A program made the translations under genes and the position numbers. The notes below the pieces were generated by a model that was not told the origin of the DNA, searched no databases, and worked only from the letters and a program-made list of their open reading frames with translations. This document shows, piece after piece, positions 1 to 7,941 of a stretch of DNA of 16,247 nt; position 1 is the stretch's first letter; every line of letters starts with the position of its first letter. Source of the stretch: Promethearchaeota archaeon. Lineage in GTDB: Archaea; Asgardarchaeota; Lokiarchaeia; Sigyniarchaeales; SOKP01. The DNA lies in NCBI GenBank assembly GCA_048938025.1, contig JBHLMP010000028.1, positions 34,300 to 50,546 on the forward strand, written 5' to 3'.

Positions 1-117
1 GTTACTGGTGGCATAGGTGCTTCTGGTTTCTTAGGGAGTGGTGTTACTGGTGGCATAGGTGCTTCTGGTTTCTTAGGAGGTGGCGTTACTGGTGGTTTAG
101 GTGCTTCTGGTTTTGGT
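1..117 (-). repeat. Coding tandem repeat, 42-bp unit (14 aa, about P[P/L]PKKPEAPMPPVT)
   Basis: Units start with GTTACTGGTGG at 1, 43 and 85 on the + strand. Units 1-42 and 43-84 are nearly identical, 85-117 is a shorter 33-bp variant, and a degenerate copy follows at about 118-140. The array probably continues beyond the window. Confidence 0.9.
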
Positions 118-1223
118 GTAACTGCTGGTTTTCTAGGGGTATCAGTCTCTAGTGGTGTTGCTGGTGTAGGTTGTGGTGCACCCACTTTTTGTAGCATGGT
201 TTTAATCTTTTGAGCTTTTTCAAAAAATTCTCTTCCTAGTGAGTCATCTCCTAATTCAATACATAAATCACTTATTTTCTCGAATAAAAATGCTGCCTTA
301 TCGAAATCAGCAGTCTCTAATGCTTTAATCGCATCCTCTGTTAACTTATCTCTCTCTAAAAGTGGTTTTAATAAAGGTGAAACCTCAGCACTCATATCTA
401 AAATATCTGCTATAATTTGGATCATTTTATCTCGATTCCCACTATTCTTAGCAATCATGGAATATGACTTTAAGCCAAGAATTTTTTCCATTTGTGAGGG
501 ATTTATAGCATCATCTAAATCCTGCTTATTTCCTATTACAGCAGTATGGGCATGTGGCGCTTGTTCTTTAATTAATTCTAAGAAAAATTTACTTTTTTCT
601 ACATTTTCTAATGTAGAATCAACCACTAATAGTACAGCATCACTACCTTTAATAAAATTATTCCAAAGGTAACTAAATTGTTCTTGTCCAGCAAAATCCC
701 AAAGATGAAAATGTAATTTACCAATTTTTATTGTAGCGATATCTCCTGTTATTGTTGGTATGTGTTGCATAGGAATTTCTTCAGCTTTAATCAATCTTGT
801 AATTGTTGTTTTTCCAACTCCAGAAAAGCCAACAAGGGAAATTTTAGGTCTTAAATTTCTATGAATAGAATCTATTGTAGGATCAAAAACTTCAAAAGTT
901 TTAGCATCAAATCTATGTTGTAAAATATCTTCAAATAGGTTTAAGAATTCTTTTTTACATCTTATTAATTCTTTCTTTATATTGTCAAAATTATCAGTTA
1001 AACCGGTCACAAACAGAAAAATTAATTCCATATCTTTTTCAGTTATATATGATACCCTAAATTTGAAATAATCATGATATTGGACCTTGTCTCCTCCTCT
1101 GCCAAAAGCATCATCCGTGATTTCTGAAACAATTGTATTAAAAACTTCTTCTTTTAATGCTTTACCAAAATGTCTGTAATATAAAAGTTCATTACCTTTA
1201 TATATGTATACTTGTCTTAAAAT
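1..1223 (-). CDS. Longin-like domain + small GTPase (Arf/Rab/Roc-like) + TPR-like helical hairpin + Pro-rich tail; 3'-truncated by the window edge; absent from the ORF track
   Basis: Manual translation gives a stop-free frame from 1229 to 1: (I)LRQVYIYKGNELLYYRHF...FRVSYITEKDMELIFLFVTG...KISLVGFSGVGKTT (G1, 804-830)...PTIT (G2)...LWDFAGQEQF (G3, 684-701)...VIGNKQD (G4, 519-530)...ALETADFDKAAFLFEKISDLCIELGDD...PKKPEAPMPPVTP repeats. An in-frame TGA lies at 1232-1230 and the first in-frame ATG is at 1031. The start at ATT 1223 is inferred. Confidence 0.9.
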   Translation of the reverse strand, partial: MLRQVYIYKGNELLYYRHFGKALKEEVFNTIVSEITDDAFGRGGDKVQYHDYFKFRVSYITEKDMELIFLFVTGLTDNFDNIKKELIRCKKEFLNLFEDILQHRFDAKTFEVFDPTIDSIHRNLRPKISLVGFSGVGKTTITRLIKAEEIPMQHIPTITGDIATIKIGKLHFHLWDFAGQEQFSYLWNNFIKGSDAVLLVVDSTLENVEKSKFFLELIKEQAPHAHTAVIGNKQDLDDAINPSQMEKILGLKSYSMIAKNSGNRDKMIQIIADILDMSAEVSPLLKPLLERDKLTEDAIKALETADFDKAAFLFEKISDLCIELGDDSLGREFFEKAQKIKTMLQKVGAPQPTPATPLETDTPRKPAVTPKPEAPKPPVTPPPKKPEAPMPPVTPLPKKPEAPMPPV

Positions 1224-1229
1224 CGCAAT

Positions 1230-1234
1230 TCACC
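1230..1234 (-). promoter_or_regulatory. Putative Shine-Dalgarno site GGTGA for the longin-GTPase gene
   Basis: The minus strand reads TTTT-GGTGA-ATTGCG-ATT-TTA-AGA-CAA. GGTGA is a typical archaeal SD core and lies 6 nt before ATT(1223). Confidence 0.55.
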
Positions 1235-1263
1235 AAAATAATTAAATTATAATTTTATTAGGA

Positions 1264-1755
1264 TCAATCGGAAATAAATTTTACTAGATCTTTAATAATT
1301 GAATATTTATCTTGTTTCATTTGTTCTCTTTCTAATGTCTCTTCAATTTTTGAGATTTCTTTGGAAAAATCGAATACTGAAAATTTTTTAATTTCTTTCT
1401 CTTTAGAGCTTTCACTTAATTTTTTTAAAAACACACTGATACTTGGCATAAACTTTGCTAAATTTACATTTAAATCTAGTTTTGATATTAAAATTAATTC
1501 TTCACTGAAAGAAAATAAATAATTATACTTCTGGGCTTCTAGAGCAAAGGAATTGATTTGATTTAACTTTAGTTCATTAGCAATTTCTTTAGAACCTGCA
1601 ATTAAAGAAATTATTTTTTGTGGAATGACTTTTCCTTTAGCAAATTCTTTAATTAAAGAATCTAACACTATTCCATATTTATTTGCTATAGCACATTCAG
1701 CATTTAAATCAGATTTAAGTTGAGAGATAATTTCCTCGTAATTAATTTGAATCAT
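1264..1755 (-). CDS. Roadblock/LC7 (MglB/LAMTOR-like) domain protein with C-terminal helical extension
   Basis: The 163-aa ORF follows the roadblock pattern: helix (YEEIISQLKSDL), beta hairpin (CAIANKYGIVLDS), helix (IISLIAGSKEIANEL), three strands (SFALEAQKYNYLFSFSEELILISKL), helix (LAKFMPSISVFLKKL). It sits about 40 bp upstream of the GTPase gene on the same strand. The fold was judged by eye only. Confidence 0.6.
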   Translation of the reverse strand: MIQINYEEIISQLKSDLNAECAIANKYGIVLDSLIKEFAKGKVIPQKIISLIAGSKEIANELKLNQINSFALEAQKYNYLFSFSEELILISKLDLNVNLAKFMPSISVFLKKLSESSKEKEIKKFSVFDFSKEISKIEETLEREQMKQDKYSIIKDLVKFISD

Positions 1756-1865
1756 TATTAAGAGATGTTGTTTTTTAATAAATAATGTAAAATTATTTAT
1801 TTATATTTATTTAAAATTGAAGCTCTATAAAATAAGATTTTAATCAAACTCAATAGTATATTAGA
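1756..1865. promoter_or_regulatory. Divergent promoter region (roadblock/GTPase versus UPF0280)
   Basis: This is a 110-bp, extremely AT-rich spacer between divergent starts, with TATA-like elements (TTTATATT around 1801-1808, CTATAAAA around 1825-1832). The functional boxes cannot be assigned. Confidence 0.4.
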
Positions 1866-2654
1866 TTGAAAATATTTAGATCTCATTTTACGGAAAAAGA
1901 GTCTGACATAACAATTATTTCAGATTCGAAAAATGCGATATTAAGAGCAAAAGAAGCGTTTTATTATCATAGAAATAATTTAGAAAAATTCTTATTAGAA
2001 AATAATGATTTTCTTATTTCTTTTTCTCCAGTAAAGGTTAAAACTGATTTAAAAATTATTAATCTGATGGCAAATGCAGCGGGTATCTGCAATGTAGGAC
2101 CTATGGCAACAGTGGCAGGAGCTTTTGCAGATCTAATGCTAGAATCTATGAAACTTAAGGATGAGAATGATTTTATTCCTGTTAAAATTGCACTTGTTGA
2201 AAATGGTGGTGAAATTGCTATTGAATCTGAAAAACCTATGAAAATAGCACTTTATGCTGGATTTAATGAATTAAATTTAAACTTGGGATTTTTAATTAAA
2301 AAGCATGATTGCCCTATAGGAATTGCTACAAGTTCTGCAACAATAGGTCATGCTATTAGTCTTGGTCAAGCAGATGTAGTTACAATCTTTGCTGAAAATG
2401 CCACTTTAGCAGATGGAGCTGCTACAGCGATCGGAAATTTAGTGAAGGGAAACGATATTGAAGGATCTATAAAGAAGGGCTTAGATGCTGTTAATGATGT
2501 TGATGGTGTATTTGGTGCCTTAATTTACAGGGAAGGGAAAATTGGGCAAATAGGAAAAATCCCTCAATTAATAAAAATTGAAGGGAACACAACAAAAATA
2601 TTGAAAGAAAAAATTGAAGATTATTTTCCAAATGATTTTGAGTTTATTAAATAA
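1866..2654 (+). CDS. UPF0280 family protein (ApbE-like superfamily)
   Basis: Family motifs VGPMATVAGAFAD, VENGGEIA and GIATSSATIGHAISLGQADVVTIFAENATLADGAATAIGN are present. TTG start; the 3' end overlaps the convergent gene by 8 bp. Confidence 0.9.
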   Translation: MKIFRSHFTEKESDITIISDSKNAILRAKEAFYYHRNNLEKFLLENNDFLISFSPVKVKTDLKIINLMANAAGICNVGPMATVAGAFADLMLESMKLKDENDFIPVKIALVENGGEIAIESEKPMKIALYAGFNELNLNLGFLIKKHDCPIGIATSSATIGHAISLGQADVVTIFAENATLADGAATAIGNLVKGNDIEGSIKKGLDAVNDVDGVFGALIYREGKIGQIGKIPQLIKIEGNTTKILKEKIEDYFPNDFEFIK

Positions 2655-4926
2655 CCCAAAATATTGGTGTTTCCTCTCCATTTTGAGTCATCGAGGAACA
2701 AATCTTATTCAAATAATCCAGAGTATAATATATTTCTTCTTCTTCATCTGTCAATTGCCCAAATAACTCAAAACCTTTATTAATTATATAAGTCCCATCA
2801 AATGTTATATAAACATCCGTATTATACTCGTTCTTTATTTCTTGTAAAATATTTGTTCCATTTTCATCAAAATGGTTTTCTGGAGAAAATAAATCAATAT
2901 CATATTTCAAGAAAAAATCTGTTTCATTATAAAGAAGAGCTTCACTTTTATTGTCAAATGGATAATCATAATATTTAAAAACATGTTTCCAACCAAATTC
3001 TGAAATAATTACATTTCTATCAGAAGTATAACGAGAGTACCATCTGATATTAGATACATCTCTTCTCTTTAAATTGAAAACTTCAAACGCAACAGATTCA
3101 TAAAAATAAGTGGAAAATAATGAAAAGCATACTATAAATAAAATTAACATTTTCAATTTTATTGCTCTTATGGAACCAATCTTAATTAGTTTATAAATAT
3201 ATGACACAAATCCAATCACAATAGCAGGAGGAATTAAATATAAAATTCTCTGCCAAATCATATTGCTTAAAAATAAGATATTAAAAATAAAACCCGCACC
3301 TAAAAGAACCAAAAGACCTATAGCCCATAAAAACAATGGCTTTCCTTTTGGTTTTTTTTGATATAATACTAAACCCCAGACTGCAAAAGAACTAATAATT
3401 AGGATTTCAGCAACATAAAAGATATTTACTATATGAAAATTAAACCAAAAGAGGTTTGCTATTAAAAAAAGAAAAGTAAACGAGATTGTTATGCTAAATA
3501 TTAGTGGAATTATTATTTTCTCTTCTATTTTCTTATATTTTCCACTTCTTTTCCCTGTTATTATTAATTTGTATCTTCCTTTTGTGAAAATGATTGATTT
3601 TTGTACCTTCCATATAAAAAGTATTCCCACTATTCCTCCCGTGATTGCACCTAAAATAAGTAGATGAATGGGTAAATTTAATGGAATAAAAAACCAAAAA
3701 TGACCATAACCTATACCAAAGAAGCTTAAAGTTAAAAAGATACCAACTAATCCACATAAAAATATAAAATCAATCCCCCGTCTATAATCTTTTAAAAAGT
3801 ATATAAAATATAACCATAAAAAAGAGATTAATAAAATCATAGACGTAACAACATGTGTAAGAACAGCGCTAATAAAAATTAAGATTATTAGAATATAATA
3901 TAAAAAAATATCTTTTAAAATGAGGCTTTTAGAGGGTCGTTCGGGTTGAATTAAATCCTGCAATCTTACATATAGAAGAAAGAAAATTGCTAAGCATTTG
4001 ATCAGAGCAGAACCGGATGGCCAGTATTGAAGCATCATAGTAGAAAAACCTAAAGAAGAAAATTCTAATATAAATACACCAAAAATAGCTAAGTTTTTAT
4101 TTCTGAAGATTCTCTTCAGAATATTATAAAATATCAAGGCAGATACAAAAAATGTATAAAAGATAAAGTATCTTGGAATGAGTAAATGATTTATACCCGA
4201 GAAAAAATAAATCACTGCTCCAAATATATTTAAAGCCATAGTTCCATGATATCCTTCTAAAGGTAAATAATTGATATCAGTTATTATTCTACTATTAAGA
4301 ACATGGAGCCAAGGATCTGTCCCAAAAAAATAACTAACTTTAACAATATTTAAAACGCAAATTAAAAATATAAAAACTATCAATAAAAGGGCATTAATAG
4401 AAGTTAGCTTTTTAATGTAATTTAATAGGGAAAAATTGGGTAAATTCCGATTACCTTGTATTGACGATATGTCACTTCTAAGAAACTTATATGACCCGTG
4501 TTTAAATTCAGAAAAAATAATATAAAAAATAATGGGAAAGAATAAAATAATTATTGTAAAAAAGAAAAAAATCCCAGTTAAAGGGATTCCAAACCAATAC
4601 CCAATATATCCTATAAGTATATAGAAAACAGAATTAATAATAATAGTTAGACTCAGTTTCTCTAAAAAGTTAAAAGATTTTTCTCTAAGAATAATGAAAA
4701 AAAGAGGATAAGTAGGTAAGAATAGTATAGTAAAAACTGTACTAAAAGCAATAGCTACTTTATAAATGAAACCCAACAAGAATATATCAGATATTCCAAT
4801 AATTTCATCAATAGTAACTAATTTAAGAAAGATAATTCCTAAAACAATTAAAGAAAGAATGAAAATAAATAAATTTATTCTCGATTTGACTTTAAAAATT
4901 ATTTGGTTCAATCTAAACCTATTCAT
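2647..4926 (-). CDS. Large polytopic membrane protein, probable GT-C-fold glycosyltransferase (DUF2206/DUF6541-like)
   Basis: 759 aa with many hydrophobic TM segments. An external-loop motif GTDPWLH is followed by YHGT-like residues, and there is a soluble C-terminal domain. It is the last gene of the glycan locus, 14 bp downstream of the epimerase. Confidence 0.55.
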   Translation of the reverse strand: MNRFRLNQIIFKVKSRINLFIFILSLIVLGIIFLKLVTIDEIIGISDIFLLGFIYKVAIAFSTVFTILFLPTYPLFFIILREKSFNFLEKLSLTIIINSVFYILIGYIGYWFGIPLTGIFFFFTIIILFFPIIFYIIFSEFKHGSYKFLRSDISSIQGNRNLPNFSLLNYIKKLTSINALLLIVFIFLICVLNIVKVSYFFGTDPWLHVLNSRIITDINYLPLEGYHGTMALNIFGAVIYFFSGINHLLIPRYFIFYTFFVSALIFYNILKRIFRNKNLAIFGVFILEFSSLGFSTMMLQYWPSGSALIKCLAIFFLLYVRLQDLIQPERPSKSLILKDIFLYYILIILIFISAVLTHVVTSMILLISFLWLYFIYFLKDYRRGIDFIFLCGLVGIFLTLSFFGIGYGHFWFFIPLNLPIHLLILGAITGGIVGILFIWKVQKSIIFTKGRYKLIITGKRSGKYKKIEEKIIIPLIFSITISFTFLFLIANLFWFNFHIVNIFYVAEILIISSFAVWGLVLYQKKPKGKPLFLWAIGLLVLLGAGFIFNILFLSNMIWQRILYLIPPAIVIGFVSYIYKLIKIGSIRAIKLKMLILFIVCFSLFSTYFYESVAFEVFNLKRRDVSNIRWYSRYTSDRNVIISEFGWKHVFKYYDYPFDNKSEALLYNETDFFLKYDIDLFSPENHFDENGTNILQEIKNEYNTDVYITFDGTYIINKGFELFGQLTDEEEEIYYTLDYLNKICSSMTQNGEETPIFWVI

Positions 4927-4940
4927 ATTTCTTAGTTAAT

Positions 4941-5912
4941 TTAATTAATTTTCAAATTAACATTATATTTATTACAATACCAAGTAAAATAATCTCTTAA
5001 GCCTTGTTCCTGACTATATTGAGGTTGAAATCCAATTATCCCTTTAGCTTCAGAAATATCAGCGAAACTGTGCAAAATATCTCCTGGTCTAGGATCAGTG
5101 TAAATTATTTTTAAATTCTTTTTATCTGTAAGGTTAAGAATTAATTTTGCAAGATTGTTCAAAGTTATTGGAGAACCAGCACCAATATTTAAAATCTCTC
5201 CTGAAACATCATGTTCAGCAGCTATTAAATTTGCTTTTACTACATCCTTAATATAAGTAAAATCTCTTGATTGTTCTCCATCACCAAAAATTATCAAATC
5301 TTCATTATTAATAATTCTTCCCAGCCAAATTGCAATAACACCGCTATATGGAGAATCTTTTTGCCTTGGACCAAAAACGTTGAAATATCTTAATGATATC
5401 GTTTTTAATCCATAAACTTGATGAAATACCTGCATATATGCCTCACATGCCAATTTTGATACTCCGTAGGGAGAAATTGGTATCCTTGGCATATCTTCTT
5501 TTTTTGGTAAAGTAGGTGTATCACCATATACAGAAGAACTTGACGCAAAGATAATTTTTTCAACATTTTTTTTTCTTGCAGCATTTAATAAATTTAGTGT
5601 ACCATTTATATTGACATCATTGCAAGATTCTGGCATTTTTACTGATTGAGGGACACTTGTAAATGCTGCTTCATGAAAGATAATATCAATATCTTTTAAA
5701 ATGTCTATTAAAAAGTTAATATCTCTTATATCTCCTTTATGAAATTGAAAATTTCCATTTTTCAATGCCTCTTCTAAATTTTCAATCCGACCATTAAAAA
5801 GGTTATCTAAACCAATTACTTCTGCTCCAATTTCTAACAATTTATCAGTTAAATTACTTCCTATAAAACCAGCAGCTCCAGTAACTAAGATCTTTTTATC
5901 TTTAAGGTTCAT
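4941..5912 (-). CDS. NAD-dependent NDP-sugar epimerase/dehydratase (extended SDR; WbpP/GalE-like UDP-Glc(NAc) 4-epimerase)
   Basis: Motifs: Rossmann LVTGAAGFIGS, ASSSSVYG, catalytic YGVSK (YxxxK), LRYFNVFGPRQ, GDGEQSRDFTY and RPGDILHS. Confidence 0.92.
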   Translation of the reverse strand: MNLKDKKILVTGAAGFIGSNLTDKLLEIGAEVIGLDNLFNGRIENLEEALKNGNFQFHKGDIRDINFLIDILKDIDIIFHEAAFTSVPQSVKMPESCNDVNINGTLNLLNAARKKNVEKIIFASSSSVYGDTPTLPKKEDMPRIPISPYGVSKLACEAYMQVFHQVYGLKTISLRYFNVFGPRQKDSPYSGVIAIWLGRIINNEDLIIFGDGEQSRDFTYIKDVVKANLIAAEHDVSGEILNIGAGSPITLNNLAKLILNLTDKKNLKIIYTDPRPGDILHSFADISEAKGIIGFQPQYSQEQGLRDYFTWYCNKYNVNLKIN

Positions 5913-6065
5913 TGGTATTTCAACAATAGATTTGAATTATTACCCTTTTTAATTTTTATTAAAAAAATCCTATTTTTTTATTAAATTGTGTTTTATCATA
6001 AAAAATTTCATATCATATAAAAATGTTCATAAAAAATAAATTTTTCAAGGTAAATAATAATTTCC

Positions 6066-7202
6066 TTAATCTAAATCCTTTAAATATCCCATAAATCCTT
6101 CTTTATATTCTTTTGGACTCTTAGTTGGTCTTTTTAATTCTGATCTCGAATTCATTTTTATTTTTATTAATATTAAAATTGGTCCTTTTCGGTTTTTAAT
6201 ATTATCTATCGATTTTAATAATTCTTCTGAAGTTTCAACTCGAGTACTCCATTTATAGTTTGATGCTAGAGCAACATTAACGAAGTCAACATTAGGAGAA
6301 TTAGTTGGTTGACCACCTGTAGATTCATGAGCTTCATTATCCAAAATAATATGGACAAAATTAGTAGGGGAATTTTTTCCAATTGTGGTAAAAGCCCCCA
6401 TTTGCATAATAGCTGCGCCATCACCATCAAATACTATCACTCTATTTTTTGGTTTGTGTAGCGCGATACTTAATCCAATCGAGCTAGCACATCCCATAGA
6501 ACCAATATTATAAAAACTTTTATGATGATCTTTATTTTTTGACTCTCTATATTCATATAACTCTCGTGTAATGTAACCTGTAGTTGAAACAATGATTTCT
6601 TTATGATTCAAATTATCCATAATCAACTGAATTACTTCTTTAGTTGTTAAATTATATCTGTTTGATTGCTTAAATTTCATTTCATAATCTTTAAAGAAGC
6701 CTCTCTGAAAAATGAATGCGTAAGGACCTTTATTATCATTGAAATAATTTATAGCTTTAATCAGTTCATTTTTAACAACACTTAAATCGGGTTCCAATAT
6801 ACTATAAGGTATTTGGAGCGTGTCTAATAATGGTAAGGTAATCTTTCCCATTTTTTTATGTTGGGGAGCATCAATTTTTCCAGGTTCACCACGCCATCCT
6901 ATCATTAAAAGAATAGGAATTGAATGTACATCGGGATCACATAAAGATGTAAGAGGATTGACTGCCTTTCCAAGTCCAGAATTTTGCATATATACAATTC
7001 CTATTTTATTAGTTGCTAAATGATAACCAGATGCTAATGCAATAGCTTCACATTCATTACATGCAATGATATTTTTAAGTTCTTTACTAGCATTATCTGC
7101 TAAAAATTTCATCAAATCTTTAAAAGTTGAATCTGGAATTCCTGTAAAGAAGCTAAAGTTATTGTCTCTTAGGATTTCAAAAAATTTTTCACAAGAAATC
7201 AT
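6066..7202 (-). CDS. ppd: Phosphonopyruvate decarboxylase (ThDP-dependent, fused alpha/beta)
   Basis: Motifs: FFTGIPDS, NECEAIALASG, VYMQNSGLG, IGWRGEPG..DAPQH, STTG...RE, GSMGCASSIG, and the ThDP motif DGDGAAIMQMG...DNEAHESTGGQPT. It is clustered with PEP mutase. Confidence 0.93.
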   Translation of the reverse strand: MISCEKFFEILRDNNFSFFTGIPDSTFKDLMKFLADNASKELKNIIACNECEAIALASGYHLATNKIGIVYMQNSGLGKAVNPLTSLCDPDVHSIPILLMIGWRGEPGKIDAPQHKKMGKITLPLLDTLQIPYSILEPDLSVVKNELIKAINYFNDNKGPYAFIFQRGFFKDYEMKFKQSNRYNLTTKEVIQLIMDNLNHKEIIVSTTGYITRELYEYRESKNKDHHKSFYNIGSMGCASSIGLSIALHKPKNRVIVFDGDGAAIMQMGAFTTIGKNSPTNFVHIILDNEAHESTGGQPTNSPNVDFVNVALASNYKWSTRVETSEELLKSIDNIKNRKGPILILIKIKMNSRSELKRPTKSPKEYKEGFMGYLKDLD

Positions 7203-7224
7203 TTTACTTACATTACTTACTTTT

Positions 7225-7941
7225 TTACTTATTATTATTTAGATAATTTTTTACTCCTTCTAAATCTTCATGATCATCAATTTCCACACAAAATTCATTA
7301 TAAAAACAGGGTTTTAGAATAAGAGTATCTAAAATTTCATTTAAAGCATCTTCAGCATAGCAATTTACTTTGTTATTTTTTACAAATTTTTCTATATGAT
7401 TAAGCCAACTTAGCATAAATTCCTTAGTTAGTTTGTATAATGGAGCTAAGAATGCAGCATTAGGTCCAAACAAATTAACCCCTATCTTACTTACTCTATC
7501 ATTTAAAATAATTGCTTTAAAGTCTTTAACTGGAGGGGGAATTTCTTTGTTGACCAACACACAATCTTTTTCCTTCGAATCAAGTAATAACTTTACTAAA
7601 TTTTCAGAAAATATTAAATCTCCGTGAGAATATAAAACATCCTCATTAATCATGTCTTTTGCTAAATGTATGGAATATATGTAATTTGTTTTGTCATAAA
7701 GTGGATTATTAATATACTGAACATTAATTAACGGATAACGTTCATTAATATGATTTTTAATTTGATCCTCAAATGGACCTGTCGGAATGATAAAATCTTT
7801 AAAACCATGCTTAAGTATATTTTTTAATTGATGATCTAAAATTGTTTCATTGTTACTAATTTTAACAAGACATTTTGGTTTAGTATTGGTTAGTGGTGCC
7901 AATCTTTTACCTATTCCTGCATTCAATAATATAACTTTCAT
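7225..7941 (-). CDS. LicC/PntC-like NTP transferase (phosphocholine/phosphonate cytidylyltransferase family)
   Basis: Motifs: N-terminal ILLNAGIGKRLAPLTNTKPKCL, NPLYDKTNYIYS, HGDLIF and C-terminal EIDDHEDL. Its start overlaps the ADH stop (ATGA at 7941-7938). Confidence 0.85.
   Translation of the reverse strand: MKVILLNAGIGKRLAPLTNTKPKCLVKISNNETILDHQLKNILKHGFKDFIIPTGPFEDQIKNHINERYPLINVQYINNPLYDKTNYIYSIHLAKDMINEDVLYSHGDLIFSENLVKLLLDSKEKDCVLVNKEIPPPVKDFKAIILNDRVSKIGVNLFGPNAAFLAPLYKLTKEFMLSWLNHIEKFVKNNKVNCYAEDALNEILDTLILKPCFYNEFCVEIDDHEDLEGVKNYLNNNK

Noticed and set aside
1-140. 42-bp repeats as a CRISPR array
   Set aside because: The units are head-to-tail with no unique spacers, have lengths that are multiples of 3, lie in frame within a CDS, and no cas genes are present.
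457-672. 71-aa plus-strand ORF in the track
   Set aside because: It is an antisense shadow of the GTPase domain, whose G1-G4 motifs are on the minus strand.
1031-1232. GTPase gene as a 5'-damaged pseudogene
   Set aside because: The frame is uninterrupted with all GTPase motifs intact and a well-spaced SD before ATT. A non-canonical start or single base error explains it more simply.
3533-3757. 74-aa minus-strand ORF inside the membrane protein gene
   Set aside because: It is an alternative-frame ORF fully nested in a 759-aa gene and has no recognisable motif.
6066-7202. Sulfopyruvate decarboxylase (ComDE, coenzyme M pathway)
   Set aside because: The family is homologous, but the fused architecture, the GWRGEPG..D.PQH and HESTGGQPT motifs and the pepM context favour Ppd.
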